64,000 nt of DNA from Dipteris shenzhenensis (taxonomy: Eukaryota), in the NCBI GenBank assembly GCA_047967505.1, contig CM106538.1; one strand, 5' to 3'. Below, piece after piece: positions 52,501-63,790 of the stretch. The translations under genes and the position numbers were made by a program. The notes beneath the pieces were generated by a model. The model saw nothing but the letters and a program-made list of their open reading frames with translations, did no database searches and was not told the origin of the DNA. The first letter of the stretch is position 1, and every line of letters begins with the position of its first letter.

Positions 52501-53820
52501 GCAGTCCTTGCTTGCTGCCCAGTCCATTTGTGGACAGTCTCTACGAGATCTAACCTCCATGGTGGCTCTCCTCTGCCAGGGATCTCCTTTCTCTCTCTCT
52601 CTCTCTCTCTCTACTGCCCACATGGCAGCCCCTACCAGGGTACAATCCTTTAGACACCTAAGCTAATTCCTCCGAGCAGTGAATCAAGGTTGTCCTTCAG
52701 CCAGGTACTTGCCTTCCCGATAACTTCTGTCAGGGCTCTGATACCATGTTAGAGAATGAAATCCCACCAAACTGGTAAATGAATTACACACGGAAGTGTT
52801 TCACTATGGAATCAAGCTTCATCGTACTTCACAACCATTCAAGTGTGTGGAAGCCATTAAATAGACTGTGCATCAAGACAAATACAGAAGCAACACTTAT
52901 ATATTTGTGTCCATCCACAGTTGGGACACAATACAATACAAAATGTTTTCCTACTATCCGCCTGGCACCTCTAGATCTTTGAGCCCGCGTTCTCCATTGA
53001 GCAAAATGTTCTGCTACTATCCGCCTGGTGCCTCTAGATCTTTGAGCCCGCGTACTCCATTGAGCTTATGTAGACTCTCTATCCAAAGGATCTCTTCCAC
53101 CTTGCTGTCCGGAAAGCTAGCCTATGTGGTCTGCCACTCTAGCTCAGTCTGTAGCTTTTGCGGGTCACCTACTCCTCCTGAATGTAGGTCTACGGTAGGT
53201 CCGTTTGCTGCTCCTGTGTTGTTTGAGGGGTGCTCCAAGTGATGAGAAATGGGGCCCCATATGGTCCCTTTTATAGGGCTGTTTGCCCCTACTAAAAAAC
53301 TGACGGGAACAGGCCCTGTAGCTCACTCGGCCTTTCTAGCCTAAAAATCTCCCTCTGGGGGCTCACTTGCAGACCTTTTGCTGGCCCTGCCTGGCCACGT
53401 GGCTAGCTGCCACTGGCCCAGGAAGGCCTGCCCATAATCAGCCTTATTTTCAAGCCCTTAGGGTCCTCGCTTGCTGACCTGGTTTCCTTGTGTATTTATG
53501 TCCTCTCATGTATGGCCAACATCTGGATCCAAATCTGCCCTCCATAGTGGATCTCCTCTGCCGGGTACCTCCACACTCTCTCTACTGCCCCCACGACAGC
53601 CCATGTGTTGTCCATGTGGCCGCTCCATGCCTATTACTATTTTATGGTTCACCCCTCTTAATGCACTCCTCATATGGGGGCTCATAGGTGGAGAGGTGAC
53701 TAATCCTATTCCAACACCCCCTCTCATTGACCCCCATATTGGCCAGATCCAATTCCGTTGATGAAGATGCTCCAATAGCTCCCGCATCGGGTGTTGTCAT
53801 AGTCTTTTCCTACTTTCATT
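49503..53820 (-). mobile_element. Tandem array of E-like elements sharing LTRs
   Basis: LTR part 49503-50282, PPT 50283-50292, decayed gag/ORF2 50300-51385, PBS 51607-51619, LTR 51620-~52635, leader+PBS 52638-52746, LTR 52747-53716, PPT 53717-53726, start of another internal region. Confidence 0.85.
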
Positions 53821-54561
53821 ACCTTCTCCTTACATTAAGGGAGAATTGGGGTCTTCAAAGGGCCCCCAATTAGGGTTTCCTAATTTCAAGGGATTAGTGA
53901 GGTATTTGAGGTGTACAAATGGGAGTGCTCCTTTTTGTGGGGCAATGCCATGTTGAGGTGGAGGGTGGGTAGACCTGCAAACAGTCCCTATTGGCTACTC
54001 CTCTTACATCGGGGATCACTCAAACCATCCCCCCCCCCTCCCCCCCTCAACCCATGCTTGACCCTTCTCCCATATGCATCTCCCTCAAACAAACCTGTAA
54101 GTCATTCAAGAGGCGGTGGGCCCTTCTGGGCGAATTTTCCCCCCTCTCAGCTTGTTATAGGCGTGCCCCCTCCTTTTCTCTGGTCCAGCTTCATTCTCTC
54201 TCTATTTTTCAAACATGGGAACTCATTTGGCATCTTCTCTGTCCCCTCTTGCTTTGGTCCATTGTGTCTCCCCCCGTTCTCCCTCTCCAGCAGCTCCTGT
54301 AGCAGCTGCTCATTCTCTCTCCATTCCTAGCTACAACACCTCCTACATTAGCAGCTGCTCATCCCCCTCTGCTCTTTCTCCCTCCATTCCTAGCTACAGT
54401 ACCTCCTGTAGTGGTTGCTCATCCCCCTCTGCTCTTTCTCCCTCCATTCCTAGCTGCAACACCTCCTGGAGCAGCTGCTCATCATATATATAGGTTATAA
54501 AGTTACTTTAGTTTCAAAGTTTTACTATCATAGCCATAGTTCTCCTAGCTACCAAACTACC

Positions 54562-56003
54562 ATGGATTCTGCTAGGTCTGCCTTCCACGATTTCATCTCC
54601 CGTACTCCATTAATTGATAGAGAGGAGGATTTATTTTCAGTCTTTGATAAGCGCATAGATGTCCTAGGCACCTACTTGGGAGCCCGAGACGATTTTGAAG
54701 ACCTCATCAAGTACATGCAAGACTACATCTCGAGTTTTGCATATTAACTTGATGAGTCTACAAAAAGATGGATCCCAATTGATTATTTGTCAAGCGTTTA
54801 GATCCCTTTCGAGCCTAGCTCACACTTCTGAGGTGGACACTAATGACCTCCTAGCATGTGGAGTCGTCGGAAACACAGGAAATAGGTTTCTATCTTGGGA
54901 AATGACCTTTATTTTTCTTCTTTAGGAGAGACAAATGGAAGAGGAGGCCTCGACCTCAAGCCTAGACCCTGCACTTGTCCTTTCCGATCCTCTTATTTCT
55001 ATAGATGAGCCCAACATCTATAATGAAGAGTCCATAGATGAAGAAGCTGAGGAGCGGGAAGCTGCATTGGTCTTGGAAGTGCTCCAGCGACCTCCTGAAC
55101 CCCATTCTACTTCTCAAATTCCATCCACCTTAGGTACCACCTCTGTTGACCCCATAACAATGATATGGTTTCTTGCTCTCCTTCTTGTCAATGGAGAACA
55201 ATACCTCTTCTCCATGACATAGAGGTTATGTTTGGTCTCTAGGAGGATGAAGCTCTTGGTGTCCTGTGTGGATATGAGGTGGACACGACTATGCAAGAAC
55301 GTGGGTTTTTTGGAGTAGATGATTCAATAGAAGAGGTTCTTGCTTTAACACTGGCCCAAATCAAAGATGCAGAGACATTAATCTACTCCAACCTACCTGA
55401 TGTTCCAGAAGAAGCCTCTATATCTCACTCCAGACAGCAGGAGGCCTCTGGATCCATCCTCATTGACAAAGAGGAAGGGATTGAGCATGACGACTCCATA
55501 GTGATAAGAAACTATGAGCTTTGAATTTCTTCTCTTGGTATACTTTTGCTTTAACGGAATTCTAATGTAATGTTGGACTCTTGTAGGAGGCATTTGAGGT
55601 CGACCTATTCTCATCTCGGCAACGCCTTGTTCGAAGTAGCTTCGGCCAAGATCACTCATTGGCACATTACCTTGGCCAAGCAAAAGGGCGCTTTGTGGTT
55701 ATCCATAAAAAGTTTTCTCCACATGACATTGATGACCTCTTGAAGTGCAAGGCCTTGTCACGAGTAATTGGTCATGCTGACATCAATTGCAATGTTGACA
55801 ACGTCATTTTGGTGAATCGCATGGCTACCCTCAATGCCTTTGGAATCAATTTTCAAGGTATGGTATTGACGGTAGTAGCCATGTCTCTGGTCAGCAACGA
55901 CAATAGCGTTGACTCTCTATTGACTAGGTTTAGAGCTAGGAGTGTATTTGGGAATTTAAAGCCCGATGTTCTTAGTGTTTTAGAGAAGAGAGAAAGGCTC
56001 TGA
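54562..56003 (+). pseudogene. Decayed, probably spliced gene of unknown function
   Basis: Successive protein-like ORF pieces (54562, 54935, 55279, 55587-56003), acceptor-like TTTTCTTCTTTAG at 54925; no recognised domain. Confidence 0.45.
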
Positions 56004-56237
56004 AGCCTTATTGTATAGAAATTTTATTTTATATGAATACAGATATACTTTTTATACAGTGCCTCATTTTGTGTTCTTTTACAAAATTTATTTTATATTG
56101 TCATTGTATTTTGTGACTTTAATTGTTGTTGCCATTAATATTTTCATTCACTATTCTGTTCAAAAGCATGCTATCAGATAAATATTTACGCTATAATGGT
56201 AATTTTTTAGCAATCCAGCAAGAATCTCACCATGCGA

Positions 56238-56442
56238 CAGAAGGCAAATGTGTTCGACATAGTGCGGGGAGCCTAGAAAAGCAAAAACCCGCTATGGCAC
56301 GTATGGGGCTTGTTTGACCAACATAGCGGCTCTTTGCTTTTCTGGGTTCCCCGCACGATGCCAAGTCAAACAGGTCCCATACGTGCCATAGTGGGTTTTT
56401 GCTTTTTTGGGCTCGCGCGATGCCGAACACATTTGCCTTCTG
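56238..56442. repeat. ~205-bp imperfect palindrome (fold-back / MITE-like)
   Basis: CAGAAGGCAAATGTGTTCG...CTATGGCACGTATGGG...TGTTTGAC pairs with GTCAAACA...CCCATACGTGCCATAG...CGAACACATTTGCCTTCTG. Confidence 0.9.
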
Positions 56443-56627
56443 CACCACAATGAAAAAAACATCATTTGACCACTCAAATTCACACTAAACTTGCATAAAC
56501 TGATGGAAAGCATCACGTAATATGTATAATAACATGGGAATAGTAATAGAACAAAAAAATTCATTGGCCTCAAAGGGCAGAGATTTACAAAATGATTCAA
56601 GTTACACCAAATGAACCTAAACAACAT

Positions 56628-58053
56628 TTAGGGCCTAAGGGAGGGATCGGAGCGGATGCGCTTGGCGAGGGTAAGATCCTTGTCCATCACTGTTACTCTT
56701 TTGGCATGGATAGCACATAAGTTTGCGTCTTCAAAAAGACTTATTGTCATCTGCTCCGTTGTCTCCTGAATTGCTCCCATAGCGCTTGAAGTGAAACGCA
56801 CACCATCCTTGTAATGCTGTGCTATTTCACATACAACACGCTGGAAGGATGCACGGGGAATGAGATTGTCCATAGTGGTTTGGAACTTGCGGATCTCTTG
56901 AAGGACCTTCACGTCTGATTTTTTGTGCCTCTTAATCTTTGGGAGACCCTGCACTGGCCTCCGGACATGGCTCCATGGCCGCTTGTCTGCTTTGAACTTC
57001 TTTCGCCTCTCCTCCCTTGCAACCACCTCTTCAGACTCCTCTTCCTGTGTGTGGTGGGTCCTTCGAGGTGGCTTGTCGCGCCTAGGGATTTGCTTTGTCC
57101 TTGGTCTCTTTTCCTTTTCATGAGGCTATGAGACAGCAGGCTGAGGCTCTTGCTCAACTCATACTAGAGGCTCCTCATATCTGATAATTTCGAGGCACAG
57201 AGAGTTGATGATGCTCTTTCGTGCGGTCTGCTTGGTTGGAGGATCGGGGCCAAGGTTCATTATATTTGCGAGCCTGCCAAATACTTCCTCTTGTTGTGGC
57301 CCCTGTAATCTCTCCATCTCCTCTCTTTGCCTTTCTTGCTCCCCTTGTTGCTCTAGATGCTCCATGCCAAGATCCCACGGAGGAGGGAGGGGCCATTGAT
57401 TAAAATTGAGAGGACTGAGAGGACCCCTGATCGTGCTTGGATCCTTCCTTGTGCTGGGATTCCTCATGGTGCTGAGATCCTTGGGATCCGCCATGAGAGT
57501 CGAATGGTGGGGACTCGCATTGCTTGGACTCCTGATGATGAGAACTACCTTCAGATCGCTCTTGATCATTGCCTTGTTGGCCACTGGGGCTTGCAGTGTG
57601 TTCGAAGGCCATGGAGTTGTGAGGACAACGGGTAGTGTCTAAACGCCGTCCAGTGGGGAGATCCTACATACTATTATGCATTGCCACAGTAGTAATATTT
57701 TCCAAATGTGCAAGTTCTTCTGCTTGGGCTCTTAGTACCTCGCTTGCTTGCATAGCCAATGTCTGAGAATGGTTCAATCGATTGCAATAACCGAGCACTC
57801 CAGCATATCCCTTGCCAACAAACCGAACAACATCATGCACTGTATGAAAAGGAGAACTCTTTTGGGTGGTAGAATCTAAAGGATACAAGTTTCCATCCAC
57901 TCAAAGGTCAAGATGCTTCTTCCCTTGCAATCGAAGATTGTGGAGCACACTTTGAGGAGTTCCACTATATCCCAAAGAGCGTGTGCTTGCATATTCTACC
58001 TCCAGTTGTAGGTTCACATGGTACTTATTGGATATGTCCTCGAATGGTGCCAT
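56628..58053 (-). pseudogene. Long intronless histone H3-fold protein gene (decayed); fold open in ORF 56628-57026
   Basis: VLQEIRKFQ...LIPRASFQRVVCEIAQHYKDGVRFTSSAMGAIQE...LFEDANLCAIHAKRVTVMDKDLTLAKRIR aligns without gaps to the H3 fold; in-frame upstream TKQTARKS and RTKQIPRR. Confidence 0.85.
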
Positions 58054-60719
58054 GAGTACTCAAAGAGAGGTATCAGTGATGCAGGCTAAAATGTAGGGGA
58101 GAGTTGGCAAAGATGGAGCAGTGAGAGGGAGAGAGTAGCAAGGAAGAGGGAGGAGGAGAAGCAGATGAGGGAAAGAGGAAGAGGAGGAGGAGAGTAGAGC
58201 GACAGGTGTAGAAGGGAGGGAAGGAACTACTGCAGAAGGGAGGAGGGAAGAGATGCTGCAGGAGGGAGGAGGAGGGGAGAGATTCTGCAGGAGGGAGGAG
58301 CAAAGGAGAGGGAGCCTGGGCGGCTGGAGGAGGGAAGAAGGAGGAGGGAGGAGGAGCCAAAAGGAGAAGGAGGGGAGAGGGAGGAGGAGGAGCAAGACGG
58401 AGGAAGGGAGAGATGCTACAGGAGGGAGGAGGAGGGGAGAGATTCTATAGGAGGGAGGAGAAGAAGAGAGGGAGCTTGGGCGGTTGGAGAAGGAGGGGAG
58501 AGGAAGGAGGGAGGAGGAGCCAGAAGGAGGAGGAGACGGGGAGAGGGAGGAGGGAGGAGGAGGAGCATGACGAATGAGGGGAGAGGAGGAGGGAGGGGGA
58601 GGGAGGGAGAGGGAGAGGGAGGAGGAGGGAGAGAGAGAGGAGGGAGGGAGAGAGAGGGAGGGAGGGAGGGAAGGAGATTCGAAATTTGAAATTCAAATCA
58701 AAAAGTGCCCCCCTCCCCTCATTGATGGGGGAAGAGGTGGGCTCAAATGTGGGCTTAACCCACCTAGGTTGGGCTGGTTAGGCATCTTTGGGACCCTCCA
58801 AGCCCCTTGCATTAGCCCACTAAGCATTCCCTAATCCATTCCTTATGAGGCCCTTTTGAGACCCCGATTCTCCCCTAATGGGGATCCTTTTGTGCCTCCA
58901 AATCTCCACTAATGTCTTTGTTGAGGAGTCTTCTCATTTGTTTGGGTATTAGTTGCTTGTTATCTACATTAGTTGGCAATGCCATTTGATGGATAGTGAC
59001 AAGTCCATAGAGCTAGGATCGTGCCTTGGAGCCAAATGGGCCCAAGCTGATTGTAAAGAATGAGGATAGAGGGTGTAGTATAAAGGGAATAGGGTTGACC
59101 CTCTCTTTAAAAGGTGGCATGTATAAAAGGCTAAATGGTTGACTTTGGTCTTTAGTTGTTGGTTGCACACATTGAATACAAGCTCCTTTCTCCTCACATC
59201 ATAGTTGTCTCTTGTTCCCTCATAGGGCCTTTCGTGAATGCCACGTTCTCTTCTCCTCTTTTCTCTTCTTCTCCTCCTCGCCCTTTGTTACTCCCCTCTC
59301 CCCTCCCTCTTCTTCGCCTTGTGGATTCACAATCGCAATAAGCCAAGAGTCGCTAGAGTGACCCTAATAGATGGTTCTTGCATGCATTGCTCTCAACCCA
59401 TGTAGCTTAGAGGAGTACTCCATCGGTGTTCGTACAAGATCCCCACGACACGTGCGTCACCATTGGACTACACATTTTTGGCATCATTGTCGAGGAGTTC
59501 CAGGTGCTCTTGCATTGCATTTGTTTTTCTCGTTACCCACCCATTGCCCAACACTAAGTAAGCTTAGTGAAAAGCTATTGGTTTTTTATGTATAGAAATG
59601 CGTGAGTAAAATAGAGGTATTGGAAGTCATTTGGAGTGATTTTGAAGTAGTTTTGGTGTGTTTTAGTATTCAAAGTTTATCAAAAGGTAGTTAAGGTGTG
59701 TGTGATAGCAAATCCCCCAAAAAACACTAAGAAATAATGCTAGGAGTGATTTTCAAAGTGGTTTGAAAGGAGAGAATTGTCACTTTTTGCAAAACACCCC
59801 ATTTTTCCTTTCAAAAGTTGTTATTTCTTGTTGTTTTTTTAGTTACTTCATATTTGTAAGTAGGTAGAGTAGGTAGAAAAGCACTCCTCAAGCGCTCCAA
59901 ACATTGCACATAAGCTCCAAAAGCTTAGAAATCTCCAAAATTTTCCATTGACGAAAGGGTCTAGGAGAGACACATTGCATTAAAATTAATGTAGCGCATG
60001 CTGCAATAAATATAACACAATGCATTACGGGTTAAAAATTATTATTCATTTCAGCTAGTATTGACCAGAAGAGAGGGTCAGCCTATCTCTCTAATACAAA
60101 AGGACCAAAGCAGTAGGGAGACTAAGGAAGAGCTAAGTGATTAACCCCCGATCGCTCTACGAGGACCGTCTGGGGACTGCGACAAATAAGTTTGGCTATC
60201 CACGGTGGGTAGTGTTTGTCTCTCTCTCCCTCTCCCTCTCCCTCTCCCTTTCTATATTTTGATCTATCCATCTATCTATCTATCTAATAGTTCTTTTCAT
60301 ACACCACTCTTCCTACTACACAACTATTGGAGACCTCAACCTAAAGCACATTAAAGAAGAGCCACTAGCTAGAGCAGCACATCCTCACGGAGGTCATTAC
60401 CAAATTATTGTCGCATCTCTAGACCAATCTTCACCCAAGGAAGATCTTTTATTTCTTCTAATTGTTGTTCCATGAGGACCTACCCATTGACTCATGGCTA
60501 GTGTAGATGTGGAGAGATGGAGCTATTATTGTTGTTCGATGTAACAATAGTCAGTTAAGGGCCCTATTAGTTTATAAAAGGATCGCAACAATTGCAGTCT
60601 TTTCATATTTTTTAACATACAATAGATTTCGTGGGAAGAGATTGTCTCCCTCCTCCTGCACTATGCTCCAACCATTCTCAAATGCTTTACCTCATCTTGT
60701 TAGGATCCTTGTTGCACCA

Positions 60720-63000
60720 ATGGCCTCGTCCATCAACTCCATGAAGAAGGTCTATAAAATTGACAAAATCTCAAATACGAACTACTAGTTGTGGCCCATC
60801 AAGATGCAAACCTCTAGGATGCATGGATGGCACATCTGTTACTCATTATCGGTTTACCTGATGCCCTCAAAGCCTAGAAATCGATAGATGCCAAGGAAAT
60901 CATTTTGGATTGCGGAGACTCCCATAAACACTTGGTCCATACACTCAAAATCGCAAGGGACGTTTGGGAAAAGTTAAAGGTCACTTATGACTGAGCCCAG
61001 GTTCATGCTCACCATATGTTGATGAATCTCAATCTTGAGGAGATCGAACTTTGTACTAGATTTTTTGGACCATTGGCAAGGCTACTTGGATGAAATAATC
61101 AATGTCCGGGCTCGGGCTTCTTGCAACATAGCAAGTGGCAAAGCTAAGTGGTGTTCTTTCCTCTTTAGTGGAAACCATTCGTTACGACTTAGGTGGGCCT
61201 TGCAAATCTCGATCTCCCCACACTCATAAACAAGATCCTCAAGGAAGACCTAATGTGGAGGCACAAGGACCAAAACTCCTCACAAAGCTCCAATCCATCG
61301 GCCTTTTTGATGCCAACCCCAGGCGATCATTCCATCGTCAAAGCTATGGCACAATGGCCCTCTTCCAATCTCTTGACCACTCTGGGAAAATCTCATTCTC
61401 CTACATAGAAGAATTGCCCTCGCAAGAACTTCAGCAACAATTGCTCTTCCAACATTTGGGCCTCTATCATGTGGAAATGAGCCTTCCTTGATGGGACGAT
61501 GCAAACTTTGCAACTGCTCCCATAGACTTGGCCCATTTGTGGGGTAGCAAGTCCCCCCATCAAGACTTCGCTCTCGCGATCCCGTTTGTGAAGCTGGTGT
61601 GATGGGCAAACATCACTTGAAATCCTTCGCAGGTTTGTATGGCTCCCGCATAGATGCCTTACTAGATCTTATTCATGGAGACTAGTGGACCCATGCAAAC
61701 CAAAACCCTCAATGGAACCTCTTACTTTCTCATCTTGATTGACGATTTGAGCTCACACATACGGGTCTATTTCCTGAAGAAGAAGAGTGAAAGCAAGCAA
61801 TCATCCAATCCAGTTGCCCCCTGAAGGTCTTTCAAACTAATGATGGTGGCAAATTATTCTCATGCCAATTCAACGACTATTATGCTACTCATGGAATCGC
61901 ATGCCAATAACCATCCCATAGACTCCCTCACAAAATGGAGGTGTTGAACGGAAATTTCGAACTACCTGAGAGTCTTCTCACTCCATGCTTCAGGATGCCC
62001 ATCTTCTGCACATCTTGTAGAGTGAAGGCACAATTGTCCACCTCCAGAACATCACCTCTTTCAGCTCATTTCACAATTATACTCCACATAAACTGAGAGC
62101 CAGGTCCAGGACTTTGGCTCGATGGCATATGTCCATGTACTGCCGACACTTCCACGATGTGTCTGACGTCCCTGATCCGAATGCTTTTGATGCCATCCGA
62201 TCAGCCATCCCATGCAACTTCAACCCTCCATCAAACCAGAAGCCTTCAGTTTGTATGTGAATGATCTCCTCTTAGCAAGAAATGATCTCGATTTTTAGCT
62301 TCAGATTGAAACTGCACTATGTTGTGTTTGTAGAGGATGAGTTTGGGACTGTTCTTCGATTCAGCTAGGTGTATGTATATAAATTACAATTCTCCATGAG
62401 TTTGAAATGATCGATAACGGACCTGCACAATATTGTTTTCTTATCTAATGGTCCGATCACTCTGTTGCAAACAAGCGCAAGTTTCAGATGAGCGATGTCA
62501 AGCCGCAATTGACTCCCATGGAGGCCAGCTTGAAGTTGACTCCCCACCATCGAAGCCACTCAAGAATCCTTGCAGTTGATCCCTATCGACAACCTGTTGG
62601 ATCAATTCGGTACTTGGTGACGTGCATATGCCTAGAAATTGCTTACGCAGCTTCGCAAGTTAGTCAATATATGCAAAATCCTGGCCCACAGCACATTGGT
62701 TTTCAGTCAAGTGCCTATTCCATTACTTCGCTACACTCAGGCAGCCGGAATCGCCTATCAAGCTAATGATCAAATTGACTCGATCGACTAGTGCGACTCT
62801 GATTGGGGCGGCGGCCGTGATACAAGAAAATCTACATAAGGTCATGTTTTCCATCTAGTTGCAGGACCGATCACGTGGTACAGCAAGAACCAATCGATAT
62901 ACTACAGAGGCGAAATACATTGCCCTCTCGACGGCGCTCTCTGGTGGAATCTAGATTGCTGGACTCTTAAGAGAACTTGGCTTCCCTCTTAAGGCACCTT
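60720..63000 (+). mobile_element. Highly degraded, internally deleted Ty1/copia relic (H)
   Basis: KIDKISNTNY*LWPIKM; LDLIHGD..GPMQTKTLNGTSYFLILIDD; QNGGVERK; YRQPVGSIRYL; DSDWGGGRDTRKST. Confidence 0.75.
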
Positions 63001-63399
63001 TTACCTTTCAAATAGCATTAGATTAGCCTTTCAAATAAATCTAATGCTAGATTACCTTCTATAAGGATGCGCGCCTACAAGGCTCGACTACGTTTGCAAC
63101 CGAAGCCTCGTCTGATGCTTGTTCACTCATTCTTATACATGTAGCCTTCGTTGGCTGAATAATACAACGTTCTCAGTTTTTCCTCGGACTGATCGATCTG
63201 TCAATCCTTCTCTCTCATGCCCATCTCCCTTTTCACCGCATCAGTTGCATCGCACTTGCTACGTTTGTACATAATTCATTTAAATTTAGCAAGTTGCGTC
63301 GAATCATAGCGACTCCGGTGGGCAAAGGCATTCATTTAAATTTATCAAGTTCACTTCAGCTATGTTTCAACGTGTGTTTGCAGCCCTACATCTCCTGAA

Positions 63400-63790
63400 A
63401 GCTTTCTTGAGTCGAACCAATGTTTTTCTGGTTTTAGATAACATTTCTGAGAGCCGTGAGTCTTTTGCACCTTGGAAACGATCTTTTGTGTGACACAATG
63501 CTTGTTCCAGAGATAAGTGAGGATGAAGCTATCAGCATTCTTCTTTATCACACGAAGGGTTACCGATGCGTGTTGTCCGATTTTTCCTCTGAGAGGAAGC
63601 GTGATGCAAAACATGGGATTTGCAAGGAAATTTCATTTTCGAGAGCCTCAGGGTGATACAGTCCACTACCATCCTATGGCGATGGAAATAATAGGTCATT
63701 TGTTGCGAATTTATCATGATGATGAGGATGTGACAACTTGGATGGGCAAACTGAGCAGTCTCCCAATGAAGAAACTAGAGTGGTACAGGT
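63400..63790 (+). pseudogene. NB-ARC (NLR) gene fragment
   Basis: Across frameshifts: VFLVLDNI (kinase-2-like), VPEISEDEAISIL (RNBS-C-like), HPMAMEIIGHLLR (GLPL-like), then W...L. Confidence 0.65.

Larger units (their letters stand above)
53833..58914. mobile_element. Putative non-autonomous DNA-transposon-like unit with two convergent genes
   Basis: Inverted repeat CATTAAGGGAGAATTGGGGTCTTCAAAGGGCC (53833) vs GGCCCTTTTGAGACCCCGATTCTCCCCTAATG (ends 58880); second related motif pair (53893 / 58890-58914); mirror-image CT-rich subterminal repeats. No transposase or clean TSD seen. Confidence 0.55.

Noticed and set aside
56628-57026. Functional host CENH3 or canonical H3 gene
   Set aside because: The track ORF starts at GTG within a longer frame that has upstream stops. 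There is no N-terminal MART(K), the fold is very divergent, and it keeps canonical Q, F and loop-1 length.
58060-58696. Pro/Ser/Leu- or Glu/Gly-rich ORFs
   Set aside because: Low-complexity purine/pyrimidine-skewed repeats that are open in many frames.
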